This document shows, piece after piece, positions 12,901 through 26,715 of a stretch of 64,000 nucleotides of DNA (position 1 is the first letter of the stretch; each line of letters begins with the position of its first letter). The DNA lies in NCBI GenBank assembly GCA_030704615.1, contig CM060731.1, forward strand, positions 12,772,001 through 12,836,000, given 5' to 3'. The notes beneath the pieces were generated by a model. That model was not told where the DNA came from and made no database searches. It saw only the letters and a program-made list of their open reading frames with translations. A program made the position numbers and the translations under genes. The DNA comes from Takakia lepidozioides. Lineage: Eukaryota > Plantae > Bryophyta.

Positions 12901-15900
12901 GGGAGCAGGGCAGAGATGCGGCTGGAAAGCCTAAGTTGTTTGAGAGGTATCTGCTGTGGTGTAGTGACAGCAACACCAACTGAAGAGGAAACCAGCATTT
13001 ACCCATCACATTTCTATGAAGAAAGAGAAGGAGAAATAGAAATCCTAGAAGAACCAGCCACTGTGAGCTTACAGGATGAAGTGGTGACTGGTTGGACAAT
13101 CACAGCTGATGAGCAGGTGAGGGAAGTAAATGTGGGAACTAAAGAGGAACCGAGGATGGTGAAAGTAGGAGCTGATTTGGAGCCGGAATTCTTCGAAGAA
13201 GCTAAAAGCTTGTTCATCAAATACAGAGATGTATTTGCTTGGAGCTATGAGGATCTAAAAGGGATACCACCTGAAGTCTGTCAGCATAAGATTGAACTGG
13301 AACCAGGGTCAGTACCAATCAAGCAGGCGAGGTATAGAATGAATCCCAACTACGCACAGAAGGTTGGAGAAGAGATAAAGAAGTTGGCTGAGGCTAAGTT
13401 TATATACCCAATAGAGTATACAACTTGGTTGTCACCCATTGTTATAGTTCCCAAGAAGAATGGCAAACTAAGAGTATGTGTGAACTATAAGAAGCTGAAT
13501 GCTTGTACGAAGAAAGATCCTTTCCCTTTGCCATTCACAGAAGCAGTATTAGACACTGTGGCAGGCCATGAGATGTACTCATTCATGGATGGCTTCAGTG
13601 GTTATAATCAAGTGCAAGTGGCAGAAGAAGACCAAGGGAAAACAGCTTTCATCACAGACTGGGGGGCTTATGCATACAAAGTCATGCCCTTTGGACTTTG
13701 TAATGCACCAGCGACCTTTCAGAGAGTGATAAGTGAATCTTTTCATGAGTATCTGGATGATTTCATGCAGGTATTCTTGGATGATTTCAGTGTGTACAGC
13801 TCTAAGAGTGAGCACTTGCATAAATTGGAGTTATGTTTGGCCAGATGCAGGATGAGAGGTCTGGGCCTGAATCCAGAGAAGTGTACTTTCTGTGTGAACT
13901 CAGGGGTGCTTCTGGGACACATTGTGTGTAAGAAGGGACTCCTTGTGGATCCCAGAAAGACAGAGTCCATTAAAGCCTCTCCACCACCAGTGAATGTTAA
14001 AAGTCTACGGAGATTCCTTGGGCAAACCAGTTATTACAGGAGATTTGTCAAAAGGTATGCACAAATAGCAGCACACCATTGAGCAAACTACTGAAGAAAG
14101 ATGCAGTGTTTGCCTGGACAGCTGAATGTCAACAGGCATTTGAGGAACTTACACTGTCAGTAACAACTACACCTGTGCTGATTAACCCTCACTGGCATGT
14201 AGTATTCCATGTTCACTGCGATGCATCAGGAGAAGCGTTGGGAGCGGTGTTAGCCCAGAATGTTACAGGGAATATAGATTCACCTGTGTACTATGCTAGC
14301 CGGTTGATGAACAGTGCTGAGAGGAACTATAGCACAACGGAAAGAGAAGCATTGGCAATGATCTATGCAGTGAAGAAATTCAGGCATTACCTGTTGGGCA
14401 AGAAGTTTATGTTCTATGTGGATCACCAGGCTCTGATATACCTGGTAAACAAACCTCTGATAAGCGGAAGAATAGCAAGATGGTTGATAATCTTGCACGA
14501 GTTTGAGTTCGAGGTTGTTTACAAGCCTGGGAGACTGCATCTTGTGGCGGATCATTTGTCACGATTGTCAACAGGAGAACCAGCCACAGGAATAGATGAT
14601 CAATTACCAGATGCGAGTCTCTTTGCAGTGGAGGTGCAGGGAAGTGCAGATGACTGGTTAGATTGGCAGTGGCCAATCAGATACTACCTTGCTCATGGTC
14701 AGTGCCCACCTAGTTATGGTAAGGAGCAGAGGAAGAGAATCGCTATCAAAGCTTTACCTTATACTATGGTAGGAAGCAGAATGTATAAGTTAGGACCTGA
14801 TGGAGTACTAAAACGATGCTTGTACCACCATGAAGTAAATAAAGTTTTGGCGGAAGTTCATAAAGGAGTGGCTGGAGGTCATTTTGGAGAAGAGACTACC
14901 AGTAGAAAGATACTACTCGCAGGATACTGGTGGCCTACTTTGTTCAAAGATGTACACGAGTATTGTCAGAAGTGTGATGAATGTCAGAGGCTAGGACCTT
15001 TGCAGAGATCTGGAAGGATGGCCTTGCATCCTACAATGCCTACGGAACCATTTCAGAAATGGGGACTAGACTTTGTTGGACCAATTAACCCACCATCCAA
15101 GAATACACGAAACAGGTACATAATTACAGCCACTGATTATACTACAAAGTGGGTGGAAGCTAAAGCTTTGAGGGACAACACAGCCAGTCCACAGCAAGGT
15201 TCCTGTACGAGAACATACTTACACGATTTGGCTGTCCCTTAGAATTTATCAGTGATCAAGGAAGTCACTTCATGAATGAGACCATTGAGTTGTTGACTAA
15301 AGAGTTTATGATTGTGCATAGAAAGAGTACAACATATTACCCACAGGGTAATGGGCAGGCAGAGGCTACCAACAAAATACTATGTACTATCTTGGCTAAG
15401 ATAGTCAATGCAAACAGAACGGATTGGGATACAAAGCTGCTGACAGCTTTGTGGTCATACAGGACTTCATATAAAGTCACCACTAAGTATACACCATTCC
15501 AATTAGTTTATGGTATGGAAGCCTTACTTCCAGTGGAATTCCTGTTACCTACCATGAGAACGGAGTGGGGAAAAGAATGGAATTGCAAGACTCCATCAAG
15601 GTCAGGAAACATGAATTATACCATGTGGAAGAAGTACGTGCTGATGCAGCTGATAATATGACCAGAATTCAGATGAAGCGAAAGGAACAGTTTGATGAAG
15701 GCAAGTTAAAGACTTTTAAGACGGGGGATTTGGTTCTATGGTTGCAGAAGAAAGGAAAGATTCAAGCTTCTAAGCTTAAATCACCATGGAAAGGACCTTA
15801 TGTCATACAAAAGATGTATGATAACAACACCGCCATGTTACAACCATTAACAAAGAAATGCTGGGAAGAGTCAATGCAAATAAGTTGAAGGGGTACAGTG
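9913..15900 (+). CDS. gag-pol polyprotein, broken by 1-nt indels
   Basis: Gag core [14 protein letters not shown]; three CCHC knuckles ([42 protein letters not shown]); protease VLIDG...LLLGRPWL; [24 protein letters not shown]; RNase H CDAS...TERE..DH; integrase [20 protein letters not shown]. Confidence 0.93.
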
Positions 15901-16049
15901 GTATCCATGACAAACCCTTGCAGCATGATTTGCATGTTGAACCGCAAGAGCAGTCACGGGCTGCACCAGTGTTACGAACGGAGTATGGAGCACTTGTCGC
16001 TAGGCCCAGCATATATGACCAGGGCGGGCAAAACAAACGTGACACACCT

Positions 16050-16320
16050 ATCACAGCCCATCAAGCAAAGCACAGCCTATCACAGCCCATCACGACGACA
16101 CAACCTATCACAGCCCATCACGACGTGACACAGCCTATCACAGCCCATCACAACGTACACACAGCCTATCACACAGCCCAGCACGGCGCAACACAGCCTA
16201 TCACAACCTACCACACAAGCGTGTCACAGCCAGCCTATCACAGCTTACCACAGTGCATCACAGCCTATCACACGTAACACAGTATGACACAGCCCTGTCA
16301 CAGCTCAACACAGCCTACTA
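16050..16320 (+). repeat. Internal CACAGCC(C/T)ATCA tandem array after pol
   Basis: Directly visible repeats with the same motif class as the LTR array. Confidence 0.8.
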
Positions 16321-16419
16321 AAGTTACACGATCCATAGAATCAGTGACAAGTGGACGCATAATAACTTCAGGAAAATGGCTGACGGAAGAGAAAACGGAA
16401 ATTACTTTAAAATAGACAC

Positions 16420-19400
16420 GTGGAGGTCAGGGCGCGACACACAGCCGAGAAGGAAGTGCAAGAACAGGTGTCAAAAAGAAAGAGGACAAGAACGGCCGTC
16501 AAAAGGATGAAAGGCGGCCCATTAATGAATACGGAAAAAGGGAAACGGAACGAACGGCAAGTACAGAAAAGCGGAATTCTTGTCACATGTGTGATCCTAG
16601 TGGACTATCCAACAGGAAAGTCCACTAAAGAAATAAAATCTAAAATCCAGTCACAGCGGATACAGCCAATAGAAAACCAGAGAAAGGATCAAGAAAATGG
16701 AGGGAAATTGAGCGCAAGAGGCGGCGTCGTTCTGAGTAACGGGCGTCTCGACGGGACAGACCATCAATGCTATAGCTTGGAAACTATGGAGGAACTAACA
16801 GACTATACGCTCGCAATATTACTTACGCAGTGGCATAGACACGAAAGGACAGAGCGGAGCTTTTCTCTTGAGCGATGCTTGCAAGCCCCGCAGGCTTACA
16901 AGAAATTACCCATAGCTTTCTGCGGCAACCATACGTTTATGCTTTGTGCACTACAGGCATTCCTGCAGTTGTTACAGCCAAAACAGTTCTGTGAGTCTAA
17001 AATGAAGAGAGTGAGAGGAATGGAGGAAATCAGGGTGAAGAGCACCACAATTCTGCAGAAACAAACGATTGCTACCCCACAGGCGATACAGATACTGGAG
17101 GAGCTGAGATTGCAAGGATTGCAAAGCCTAGATTGGACATTACACTACACCATAGACAGTACATGTTACAATTTTTGCAGAACTTTGAGCCAAGGACAGG
17201 AACAACAACGGTGAAGGGAGTTGAATTGATGATTACTCCCCTATACCTCCAGCAATTGTTTCGATTGCCAGCAGGTCAGGTGCATGTGGAGGAACACAGG
17301 GCAAGACTGCAAATAGGGGACTTATTCCAAGAAGGGAGTTTCTTTAAAACTCAGGGTTATGCTTGTACCAAGGCTGTGTACCCAGGGCTAAAAGAGGTAG
17401 GCCAGGTATTGAACGTTCTGATTGCCATGAAACAGAACCAACAGTATTTGAGCAGATCCTTCACGGAGGAAATACTCAAAGGCCTGAAGGGACAAGAGGT
17501 ACAATGGGCGGACATAATGTACAACGCACTGGTAGAGGAGATGAAAAGATTACAAGTACTACCGCAAAGTCTCCTATCATAGTGTCTGGCCCAATCATTG
17601 CTCAAATAATCCTTGATTCTGGCATACTTGATGCGCAAGAAAAAAAAGAAAGGAAATGGGAGTGTTTGAGCCAGAAACAACTGCAATGGAAGAGCAAGGC
17701 TCTTCACACAGTGAGGGTGGACTAGCAGGGCAACCCGAGACTAAGAGGCAGAGACGGGGAAAGACTGTAGTGGCGGATCCACTGGCTTCACGGATTCCGC
17801 ATGATAATGTTTCCCAAGCTCATGGCCAGGAAGGGGCACAGCAGCACAGAGAAATGCTATTACTGGAAGCAGGACCTTCAGAGAGGGAGGAGGAAGTTAC
17901 TTCTGTATCACAACCATCACAGCCAGCTGATCGACTTGTCACAAGGTCACAAGTTATCCATGCAGCTCAACCAGAAATAATTGATTTGGAAAGAAGGGTT
18001 AGATATTCCAACTACAGAACAGATAGTGGCAGAAATGGAGAAGGGGGACCTTCTCTATGAATATTCTGGTCTGGTCAAGGAGACAGAGATCCCAGAGGTG
18101 CAACAGTTGCCCAGGGAAATCCTGAGGTGCATATAATACACACACCTGTGTCGGAGGTACCACAGGCGGAAGGTCATGACACTGTAGCACCGGTGATAGA
18201 TGAAGTAGTTCAGGAAGAAAATCCGGTGGGACAATGGCCTGAATGGTTCGTGAGACATCACACTGTTGAAGATCAGGAGGAACAGCAGCAACCTCACCAT
18301 GATGACCCTCAACAGGCAATGCTGATGAGTTCCATAGGCAGGACACTTAATTTGTTGGGGACTTATGTCAAATCCCATGTTCCAATTACCCAATTGACAG
18401 CCTTGAGAGAGGAACTCAGGAAGGAGTTTGAGGCTCGACTAGCCACTGAGTGTGCAAACAAGGTCGATGAAGAGGTCACTCTCAAGATGCAGCAGGACTT
18501 GGGAAATACAGAATGGCTTTGCAATTGGCCAGGAACAATTGATTGAGGCAGGCCTCGCGCAAGACCAGTTGCACGAAGCACATAAGCAACAGCTATACCA
18601 AATGCAGGTGCAGCATGAAAGCAAGTTGCAAGAAGTGAATGCACTACATACGGAGTTGCAGACAGTGCATGACAGGATGGCGATACAATGTGCTACATTC
18701 ACAACTATGCTTGACCAATCTACAAAAGAAATAAACAGTCAAGCGGAAAAATGTACGAAGGCAGAAGAAGAGAATGTTGAGCAAATGAAGCTCATTGTCG
18801 ATATGAAGAATACAATCTGTCGCAATGAAGATACTTTCAAGCAATACAGGCAGATTGAAGCTGATCAAGAGAAGCACATCGTGGAGTTGCAACAAACCAT
18901 CATGGCCAATAAAATGAAATCGCGGTCAATAACAAGGCTTGGAAGGAAGCCAATAATCTACTTGCTGCTTATGCGCAATTGGTTGAACCTCAGGCGAAGC
19001 GCATGGAGGCTTTAAACAAAGCAGTTGGAATTGTACAAGCTAAGAGAGGAGCAAACTCTCAGGGGAACCACAAGCAACTTGGTGGATAACAGCCTTATGC
19101 AGGTCTGGTTAGCACAAGGGCCAGTAGAGGGCAAAGCACCACGAAAGCTCACCCAAAGCGAGATGAATGAGCTCAGGCTGCAGGTGCAGAACATTGCCAC
19201 AACTACTATAGACAATGTCTATAGTAGGATAGCAGAGTTACAAGAGGATGTAGACGGACTGCAGACTCAAGTGGAAGACCTCACTTCAAACATCGACAAA
19301 AGAGTCTATATCCCTCAGGAACAGCTAATGGCTTCTTATTTACAAGCCAGAACTTTGGCTTTTCAGTCTTCACAGGAGGTGCAGGAGATGCCAATGATAC

Positions 19401-20300
19401 AAGAGCCAGTACCACCACCACCACAACAAGTCACTGTACCAGTAGCTGAACCTGTGGTTACTACAACCACACACCACAGCCACCACAGCCGGAGGTATGG
19501 GGCAATGCCGCTTTTAACCCACCTAAAACTCCAGCTGCAAGGGAGTACAGTAGGGCTATGATTATGCCCTTCAACCAAATTCCCATCATGTTGGATTTGG
19601 CTTGGAAAGAATTTAGTCCTCCGCAGTCATTCGCACATTACTACCAAATCATGCGTATTTGGCTGCCAGTGGCAACTAGGACTAAAGTTCTTCCGAACAA
19701 TCGACATATTGAGATCATCACTTTGCACAATACTGGCACGAGGCAGGTACCATGTTGAGGGAATTGATTGCTTTCCAGGTTGTACATGGACTCATTTAAC
19801 CAAAGACCCAAAGGAGGAGGTAGCAAGTATTGTCAGGGGGATGCGGGGGGTTATTATACGCTGCTTGTTTCTGGTACTGTTACCACATGAGCAACAAAAG
19901 ATGCAGAGGACACGGCTTTCTGAGTTATTCCAGTGGAGGTCATGGGGGTTATTCCTTGGTGCCACCTCATATGTACCCATATGACCCAAAGTTGTGATGG
20001 CAAAAGGATCTCAATATTCGTTCTGGTTTCAAGCGGGCATGGTGGAACCATTTGTCAACCAAAGAAAATTCGGCCATTAGATGACCATTTTCTATTCAGG
20101 GACATGTGGCATGGAAATACTTTGGCACGCTGCTACCAGTAATTGGTACCCCCACTCACCTGGAAGACAAGGAGCTCAGTGTCTACACCAATTTTGCTTG
20201 TTCAGTGGTTACACCAAGTGTAAAAAATACAAAACTTCCAGACATGGTTAGGAAAGCATTGTATGCCCCAGATTGATTCCACAAAAAGTTCGAAAAATTA
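16420..20300 (+). CDS. Additional 3' ORF(s) of the retrotransposon (Athila env-like position), frameshifted
   Basis: About 4 kb of overlapping sense ORFs: QFLQNF...TVKGVELMITPLYLQQLFRLP...VQWADIMYNAL (plant transposon-protein-like), an acidic/Gln linker, and a long coiled-coil-like region (18400-19300). Confidence 0.55.
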
Positions 20301-20615
20301 AAAACACTTGAGAGGCGATGAGGATTCTGATACAACTGTTTCTTCACCGAATTCTTTTGACATGGGAGAAGACTATGCAGTTCAGATGGCAGAGAAGAAG
20401 CGAAGGGGGTCTCCTATGCCAGAAAGGTTACCTCGATATCAGCCTCCAAAGGGCCTCACTTATCCAGGTTAGTGATCAACCATCTCCGTCCACCACAAAA
20501 GACAGACCTCGGGCTCGTACACACAGCCGCCACGAAACTCTCAACGTCAAAAAAGGTGCTCACTCACAAAGGTTTGCTAGTCGAAATCAGTAAACCGTGA
20601 GGACACGGCTTTTTT

Positions 20616-20627
20616 AGGGGGAAGGGG
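20616..20627 (+). promoter_or_regulatory. Polypurine tract
   Basis: AGGGGGAAGGGG, 3 nt before the 3' LTR. Confidence 0.85.
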
Positions 20628-20630
20628 TAA

Positions 20631-21719
20631 TGTTAGAGGACTGTCGGGGACTTAGACACTTATACAGATCTGTAGGGTACCCTTAATTTTTGCCCAGACT
20701 GAGACAAAACAGGAGCTTAGGGGTGACAACAGCGCACTGTAGAGGGGGGTTACACAGCCCGTCACAGCCATCACAGCCATCACAAGCAACACAGCCCGTC
20801 ATAGTCGTCACAGCAAACACAGTCGTCACAGCCGTCACAGCCATCACAGCCATCACAAGCAACACAGCCGTCACAGCCGTCACAGCCAACACAGTCGTCA
20901 CAGACGTCATAGCCCGGCACAGCCAGTCACAGCCGACACAGCCGACAAAGCCAACACAGCCATCACCAGTAGTCACGCAGACACAGCCGACACAACCAGT
21001 CCACAGCCCGCACATGCCAAAACACAGTCGCATAGCCAGTCACAGCCCGTCACAGTTTCACACAGCCAGTCACAGCTTGACACAGCTGTCACGATCATAG
21101 GGAACGAAGAATAGGACAGGGAACGACTGTGGGGAACAACACCTGCGAAGGGAACATGTTAGTTCACAGACGACGGTTAGTGAGGGAAACGGTTAGAACC
21201 ACGGATAGGAAGATAAAGGAAAGAAACGGGAAATGGAGGGGGATCATTCGGAGGAGGACTTCTTGGTCATGGAGGAGAGGGGATCGGGCAGAGATGAAGA
21301 ACGGAAGTGAAGATAGAGAGAGATGAGTGAGTAGATGCTTGATATATGCAAGGCTGTAATGATATTGTAGAGCAGATTAGAGACACAATGGCTTCGGCTG
21401 ATGATACCTGATAAATCATAATCGGATACTTTTACGATACAATCACACTGTGTAGAGAGATCTGAGTGAAGCTGTGAAATGAATGGATGAGTTGAGGGAA
21501 TCCAATAGATTGATAAAGCAAACTGATACTTAATTATCAATGGTAAGATAGCTAACATGAATACCAAAAGGGAAACAAATAGGAAACACCCCCATGATAC
21601 CATAGCTGTAGGTCATGACTGATTGTTCTGCGCGGGCTGGTACTTAGAGATTTCCAACTCTTCTATCTGGAGTTTCCGATTCGAATAGCGAAGGGATGGG
21701 TGAGTAAAAAGCGGCGGCA
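20631..21719 (+). repeat. 3' LTR
   Basis: Direct repeat of the 5' LTR. Ends ...GGCA and is followed by TSD GGGTG. Confidence 0.92.
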
Positions 21720-22989
21720 GGGTGAAACTGGCGAAAGCTAGGCTTGGAATACAGCCAAAGACAGCCCCGGGGGACCAAGGGTTCAGCCACAAGGCGTGGT
21801 GTTACAGGAGCAGAGGAGCAGGAGCTACACAAGTTTGTGGAGTCAGACAGCGTTGCAGTCGGACACGCTCTGCACAAGGCAACCACGAGCGGGGGTTCAT
21901 TAGCGAGGACAAGTTTGTTTTGTTTGAAGGAGATGCAGTCATTCGCAATGAGGACACCCGCAACCGTCTCAAAGCTTTCAAGTTGAGAGACTATCAAGAC
22001 CCCTACCTTTGTTTTCTTTAGTGTTCAGTGAGCGGGAGAGCGGGAGATAGCAGAGTGTTGCTTGTCTCTATCTGGCAGAAAGAGGAGGAGGTTGGTTAGA
22101 GCAATCTTACTGTAGCTTGGGACAAGGTTAGTGCAGGTTTAGGACATAGATATACCTCCTACACCTTACCATCAAGCAGAGCGAGGCACTTTGAGAGAAG
22201 TCTGGAAGTTGATAGCATAGATCAGGATTAGATTAGATCTTGCTTGGGCGGGCTTCTATTCTTCCCCTCCATCTCTGTACTATTTTCATTACCTGGTACT
22301 CGTAGTTGCCAAAGCCTCTCTTGGTGGAGGCCAGTCAGTCCGGGGTTTTGGGCTGGATATTCTGCGAGGGATCAGCGTTGCTGAGGGATTTGGTTGTGTA
22401 GGGTGTTGATGTTTTGATTTCTTGTGTTTGGATCCCCCCCAACACTTGCATGCTTGACTGTGCGCCATGTTGGTTTTGTGTGGGCGCTTGCTTTCATAGG
22501 GATTAGGCCGGATTTGATCACCGATCAATCCTAGAGTATGTTGTCGGTGGTGAGGCTGGAGTGATGACCAGCAAGACCACCACTGTTTCTTCTATGGTGA
22601 GGCTGGGATTGATGACCAGCCAACCCATAGGAGTTCTTGCGGTGGATGTAGGTGCAGGTGCCCTTAGCCACTGGGATATGACCCTTAATCCGCAACAGGT
22701 GCTCACCCGTGTCACTATTAGAATTAGTACTAGAGCCTTTAGTGTCACGGGGGGAGTGTAGGTGTTGCGAGTGTCATCATGGGAGTTACCCAAGGGTTTT
22801 GAGGGGAGTACGGCTACAGGCAAGCAGCAGTAGAGTAGAGTGGAGTGGGTTCACAAGACGAGGTGTTCGGTTCAGACCACCTTCACCGCCACCCTCAACT
22901 ACTATAGAGTCAGACACAGACTCGGAGGCTTCATCAACAGGTGTGCACTTTCATTCGCCATTGTTGTGCGGACGACATGGAGGAGATGT

Positions 22990-24200
22990 ATGGAGCTACC
23001 AAGGGGGCCTCGTAGGTACTCTGGAGCTGTGGGCACAATCGAGAGTTGGATGACTTTATCCAGGAGTTCGACAGCTGGTGTGATTTGCAGCAGATGCGCG
23101 CAATCCACAGCTATTCACCCCATTCATGGCGTGGAAGGGACTGTTCCAGCATTTGGAAGGCCCGCCTATGGACGATTACCACGAGTTCAGGCGAGGACAT
23201 GAAGCAGAAGATGAGAGATGAGGAGTGGAAGATATATTGGTCACCTGACTACGTCTCCATTACTCGAGGCACGACGCGACCAGTCAGTAGCTGCATTCAG
23301 TACCAATAGCTCCTACTGCCAGCACTAGTAGTGGAGCAAGTAGTGCTGCTGTACTTCTGCAGGTGGTTACCAGTTCAAAAGGTGCTACTACTCCTCCTGC
23401 CACGACTACAACACATGTGCCTTAGATTCAACCCGGTGGTGGAGTTCTTCCAGGAGTTGCGGAGGAACTACCAAGGGTGTACGGACAGAGAAGCTGTTGA
23501 AGTTTGCAAAAGACTTCCAGCGCAAAACCAGTGAGAGCCTGCGAGAGAGGCGTACACTCGTATGAGGCGCTTGATAAGTGTGACCCAAGGGGTTACTGAA
23601 GCTCAGGCAATCCAGTTTTAGTATGGAATTCTGGACAAGGAGCTCAAGAGAAGGGTGCGGAGATGCAACCCTGTTACAAGCAGCCCAACCCACATTAGCA
23701 GATGTGTTTCTGCTGGCTGAGCGGATTGAGCTCAACATGGTGGAGGAGCGAGTTGTTACAATTGGATTTGGCAAGGACATGCCTGCACGGGGCACAGCTG
23801 TCAAGCCCACAGGCACAAGGGACTGCCCAACAGCGTGGTCAGGGGGGCAAGGTTGCCCAGCCAAGTTCCATGGAGCTTACAGGGACCTCAGGTGTGCAGA
23901 GGCCCATGGCATCTTTTGCAGGCCAACAGCAACCAGGGGTGATATGTTGGACATGTGGAGGACCCCATGTCAAGAGAGATTGCCCAGAGAGTGGCAAAAG
24001 GCCGGCACAAGCACAGAGTGCACAGTTGCAATGTGGGCATTGTGGCAAGTATGGGCATGGAGATGCCCAGTGTTATGAACTTGCATCCTAAGTTGCGCCC
24101 AGGCCAGTTCCAAGGGAACAATGGTGGCCGGGGGCGAGGTGGACCAGCCCAAAGAGGACGAGGTGGTCGGGCACGAGGTGCAGGCCAAGGGCAAGTCCAC
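22990..24200 (+). pseudogene. gag of the DNMT-carrying element
   Basis: Stitched frames ...QRKTSESLRE.YTRMRRLISVTQGVTEAQAIQF...TLADVFLLAERIE; two CCHC zinc knuckles; RGG-rich tail. Confidence 0.75.
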
Positions 24201-25020
24201 ATGGCCAAGGACGCGGAGGTCAGGGTGTTGACCAAGGCATGGCCAATCGGCTTCAACAGCTAGAGCAGAGGCTCGCTGCCATGGCTATAGCTCAGGCGGT
24301 ACCGGCTCCCAGGAGGGATGGTCCACCTCGCTCCTGAGGGAGGAGGTATGGGAGGCATGGGATTCATGTGCGGAGCAGCACTACCACTAGAGCAGGTGGA
24401 GTCTGCTGCAGCCGTGACTCGAGGAGCAGCACGAGTCCCTGAGCCAACGAGGTGCAGAGGTGGAATTGGATCCACAACGTGGGGAGGCAAGCCGTCAGGC
24501 AAGGCTGCCTCAGTCATTCACCTTGGCGGAGACAGTGTCAACGCCATCCATGGCACCTAGTTCTCGCCCGACTGTACCGAGGCGGAGGTTACTATGCCAC
24601 TGGGAGGAGAGCTACACGCAGCACTGACACCTGCTACCAAGGCTAGTGCAGCCGTGTGTGTTGTTGGGGGCAGCCACCTCTGTGTATCAAGCCCCACTAT
24701 TCTCGGCAACCATGATTGCGATGCCGGGAGTGAGACCAGCTGCAGTGTTCAGACTAGCAGCAACACTCTGTGAGAGTGGGGAGGTCACTTCATCTTTGCG
24801 GAGCTAGTGGAAGGTGTGTAGTGGCAGAGGGATCCTCGGATTTGAGGGTCAAGACTGCCACGGCAGCGCCCTGGCAAGCTGCAGCTGCCAGGTTGACGGA
24901 GCTGCCAGCTAGGCAACCTTTGAGCGCGCCATGGTGACACCTGGAGTTGTCTTGTTAGACAACCAGGGAGGCATTTTCACTTTGAGTGGACCGGCAGACA
25001 GAAAGTAGTACCGGCCACTA

Positions 25021-25325
25021 CGGGTCTTGTTGGACTAGGGAGCTCAGCCACTGATGTTGGGCAGAGCTGCTATTGCAGGTTTTGGGCCTCATGGAGGCGG
25101 ATATGGAGCCTTGCCCTTTCCAGATACAGACATCTCTGGGAGGATCAGAGCAGGCTCGGGGCATGACACGGCATCAGTTGGTCATTAGACTGCAGAGCCG
25201 GATCATCCTATCGATGGCCTCAGTAATGCGAGCCAAGGCCATTGTGACAGACGCAATCTTTTACGATGTCCTCGTTGGTGGGGCAGTGTTATACCCCATG
25301 GGCTTCACCCTGGACTTTTGGAGGA
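25021..25325 (+). pseudogene. Retroviral-type aspartic protease domain
   Basis: RVLLD*GAQPLMLG (stop at the D-S/T-G position, 25036) and C-terminal YDVLVGGAVLYPMGFTLDF. Confidence 0.75.
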
Positions 25326-25755
25326 GTCAGCATCCTACAGGCCTGGATGGCAGAGGTCAGGCGATGGTCCGCCGTTGCACAGCTCCCTGTGACATTCATT
25401 GGGGTATAGCGGCTGCCCAGCGGGGCAAGATTGCCAACATACTAGCCGCCTTTACAGCTGCAGTTAGTTGGCCTGGAGAGTTGCTGGAAGGCAATGCCCA
25501 TGCATAGGATGTGCCACCTCCAGCAGAGCAGGATGACATGCATGGTATGCGGAGTTGCCTGCCATGGTTGCTCACACTCCATGTGGGGTTACGAGCAAGG
25601 ATTTGCAGCAGGTTGCTGACGACGGGTACAACAAGCCTGGGTAGAGGCTTTTGGTCCGTCAGGAGGAGAGGAGGAGAGTGCGGGGTATTGCACCAGGACC
25701 ACCTCAGTTGTCGCCATTGGACACCACACCTCTTGTGTGGCAGCGGCCGGATGAA

Positions 25756-26715
25756 GGCATATGCCTTCTGGACTTGTTTGGCGGGATCAGCACTAGTAGA
25801 TGGCTGCAGTGCTGCAGGGCAGGTGTACGAGTTCGACGTTACCTGTATGTGGAGATGGGATGAGACTGCACGACGCGTCTCACTGCGCCATTTTGCTCAG
25901 ATGGTGCACAGCAGGACCCTGAGGTGTTGCCGTTGGTTGTCTGCAATTCGGGATATCAGCAGGCTTGCCAGCAGACATTGCGTTGCCTGGGGGCGCAGGA
26001 TTTGAGCGGGTTGCTCCATTGATCTGGTAGTGCAGGTTGGCCCTGCCAAGGGCATTCATCAGCCGGGCATCATGGCAATGGATTGCGAGACTCAAGGACG
26101 GGTCTGTTTTGGGAGATGGTGCGGAGTTTTGCGCCACTTGAAGCTTCATCAGGCTGTATCTCCGGCATACATCTTGTAGAATGTGCCACTGATGGGTGAT
26201 TCTTGGGCCAGGGTGATGGCCAGTGTGCATCAAGTCCGGTCGTGGCTTGGGTCAGCAGTGTTGCTGGGTGCAAGCTGCAGTGGGGTCATGGGCTCATCGT
26301 CCACGGCTTTGGTGGACTAACTTGATGCCACCCGCACTGCTCAAGCGTGCATTTGATGGGGTGCAGCGCCCAGCACACCTCACCGTGGATGGCATTTTGG
26401 ACACAGGGAGCCAGTCTCAACGTGTGAGACATAATGACCGTTCGCCATTGGCAGTGGTCAACAGGATGGGTCACCACGAGCAGCATTACCTACACTGCTC
26501 AGCTTCCCAGGGATCCCATGCTTTTCGGGATGGTGGACCTGGCCTCCTGTGGGGATGCTCAGTTGCAGCAGTTAGTGGAGGCCTAATGCGCGACGAGCGA
26601 GGAGCGGGCTATGGGGTTTTCCACTGGGACCACGGCGGTGCCTTCTCTTTCTGAGGCATCACGTCGTCAGGTGTTGGGGCAAGCAATGATCTCAATTGCT
26701 GACCTGGATTATCAG
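25756..26715 (+). pseudogene. C5 cytosine DNA methyltransferase domain, DNMT3-like, within retrotransposon pol
   Basis: Ordered motifs: I LDLFGGI (25768); II RRYLYVE; III PADI; IV DLVV.GWPCQGHSSAG (26035); V DSRTGLFWE; VI YIL*NV (26168); VIII AHRPRLWWTNL (26292); IX ERAMGFSTGTT (26602); X RRQVLGQAM (26662). Confidence 0.88.

Larger units (their letters stand above)
7987..21719 (+). mobile_element. Full-length Ty3/Gypsy LTR retrotransposon (non-chromovirus, Athila/Tat/Phygy/Selgy-like), ~13.7 kb
   Basis: Direct LTRs TGTTAGAGG...CA, 5-bp TSD GGGTG (7982-7986 and 21720-21724), PBS, PPT, and gag-PR-RT-RH-INT order. Confidence 0.95.

Noticed and set aside
22035-22990. LTR and PBS of the DNMT-carrying element
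   Set aside because: No second LTR, clear TG..CA boundary or tRNA PBS could be identified in the window.
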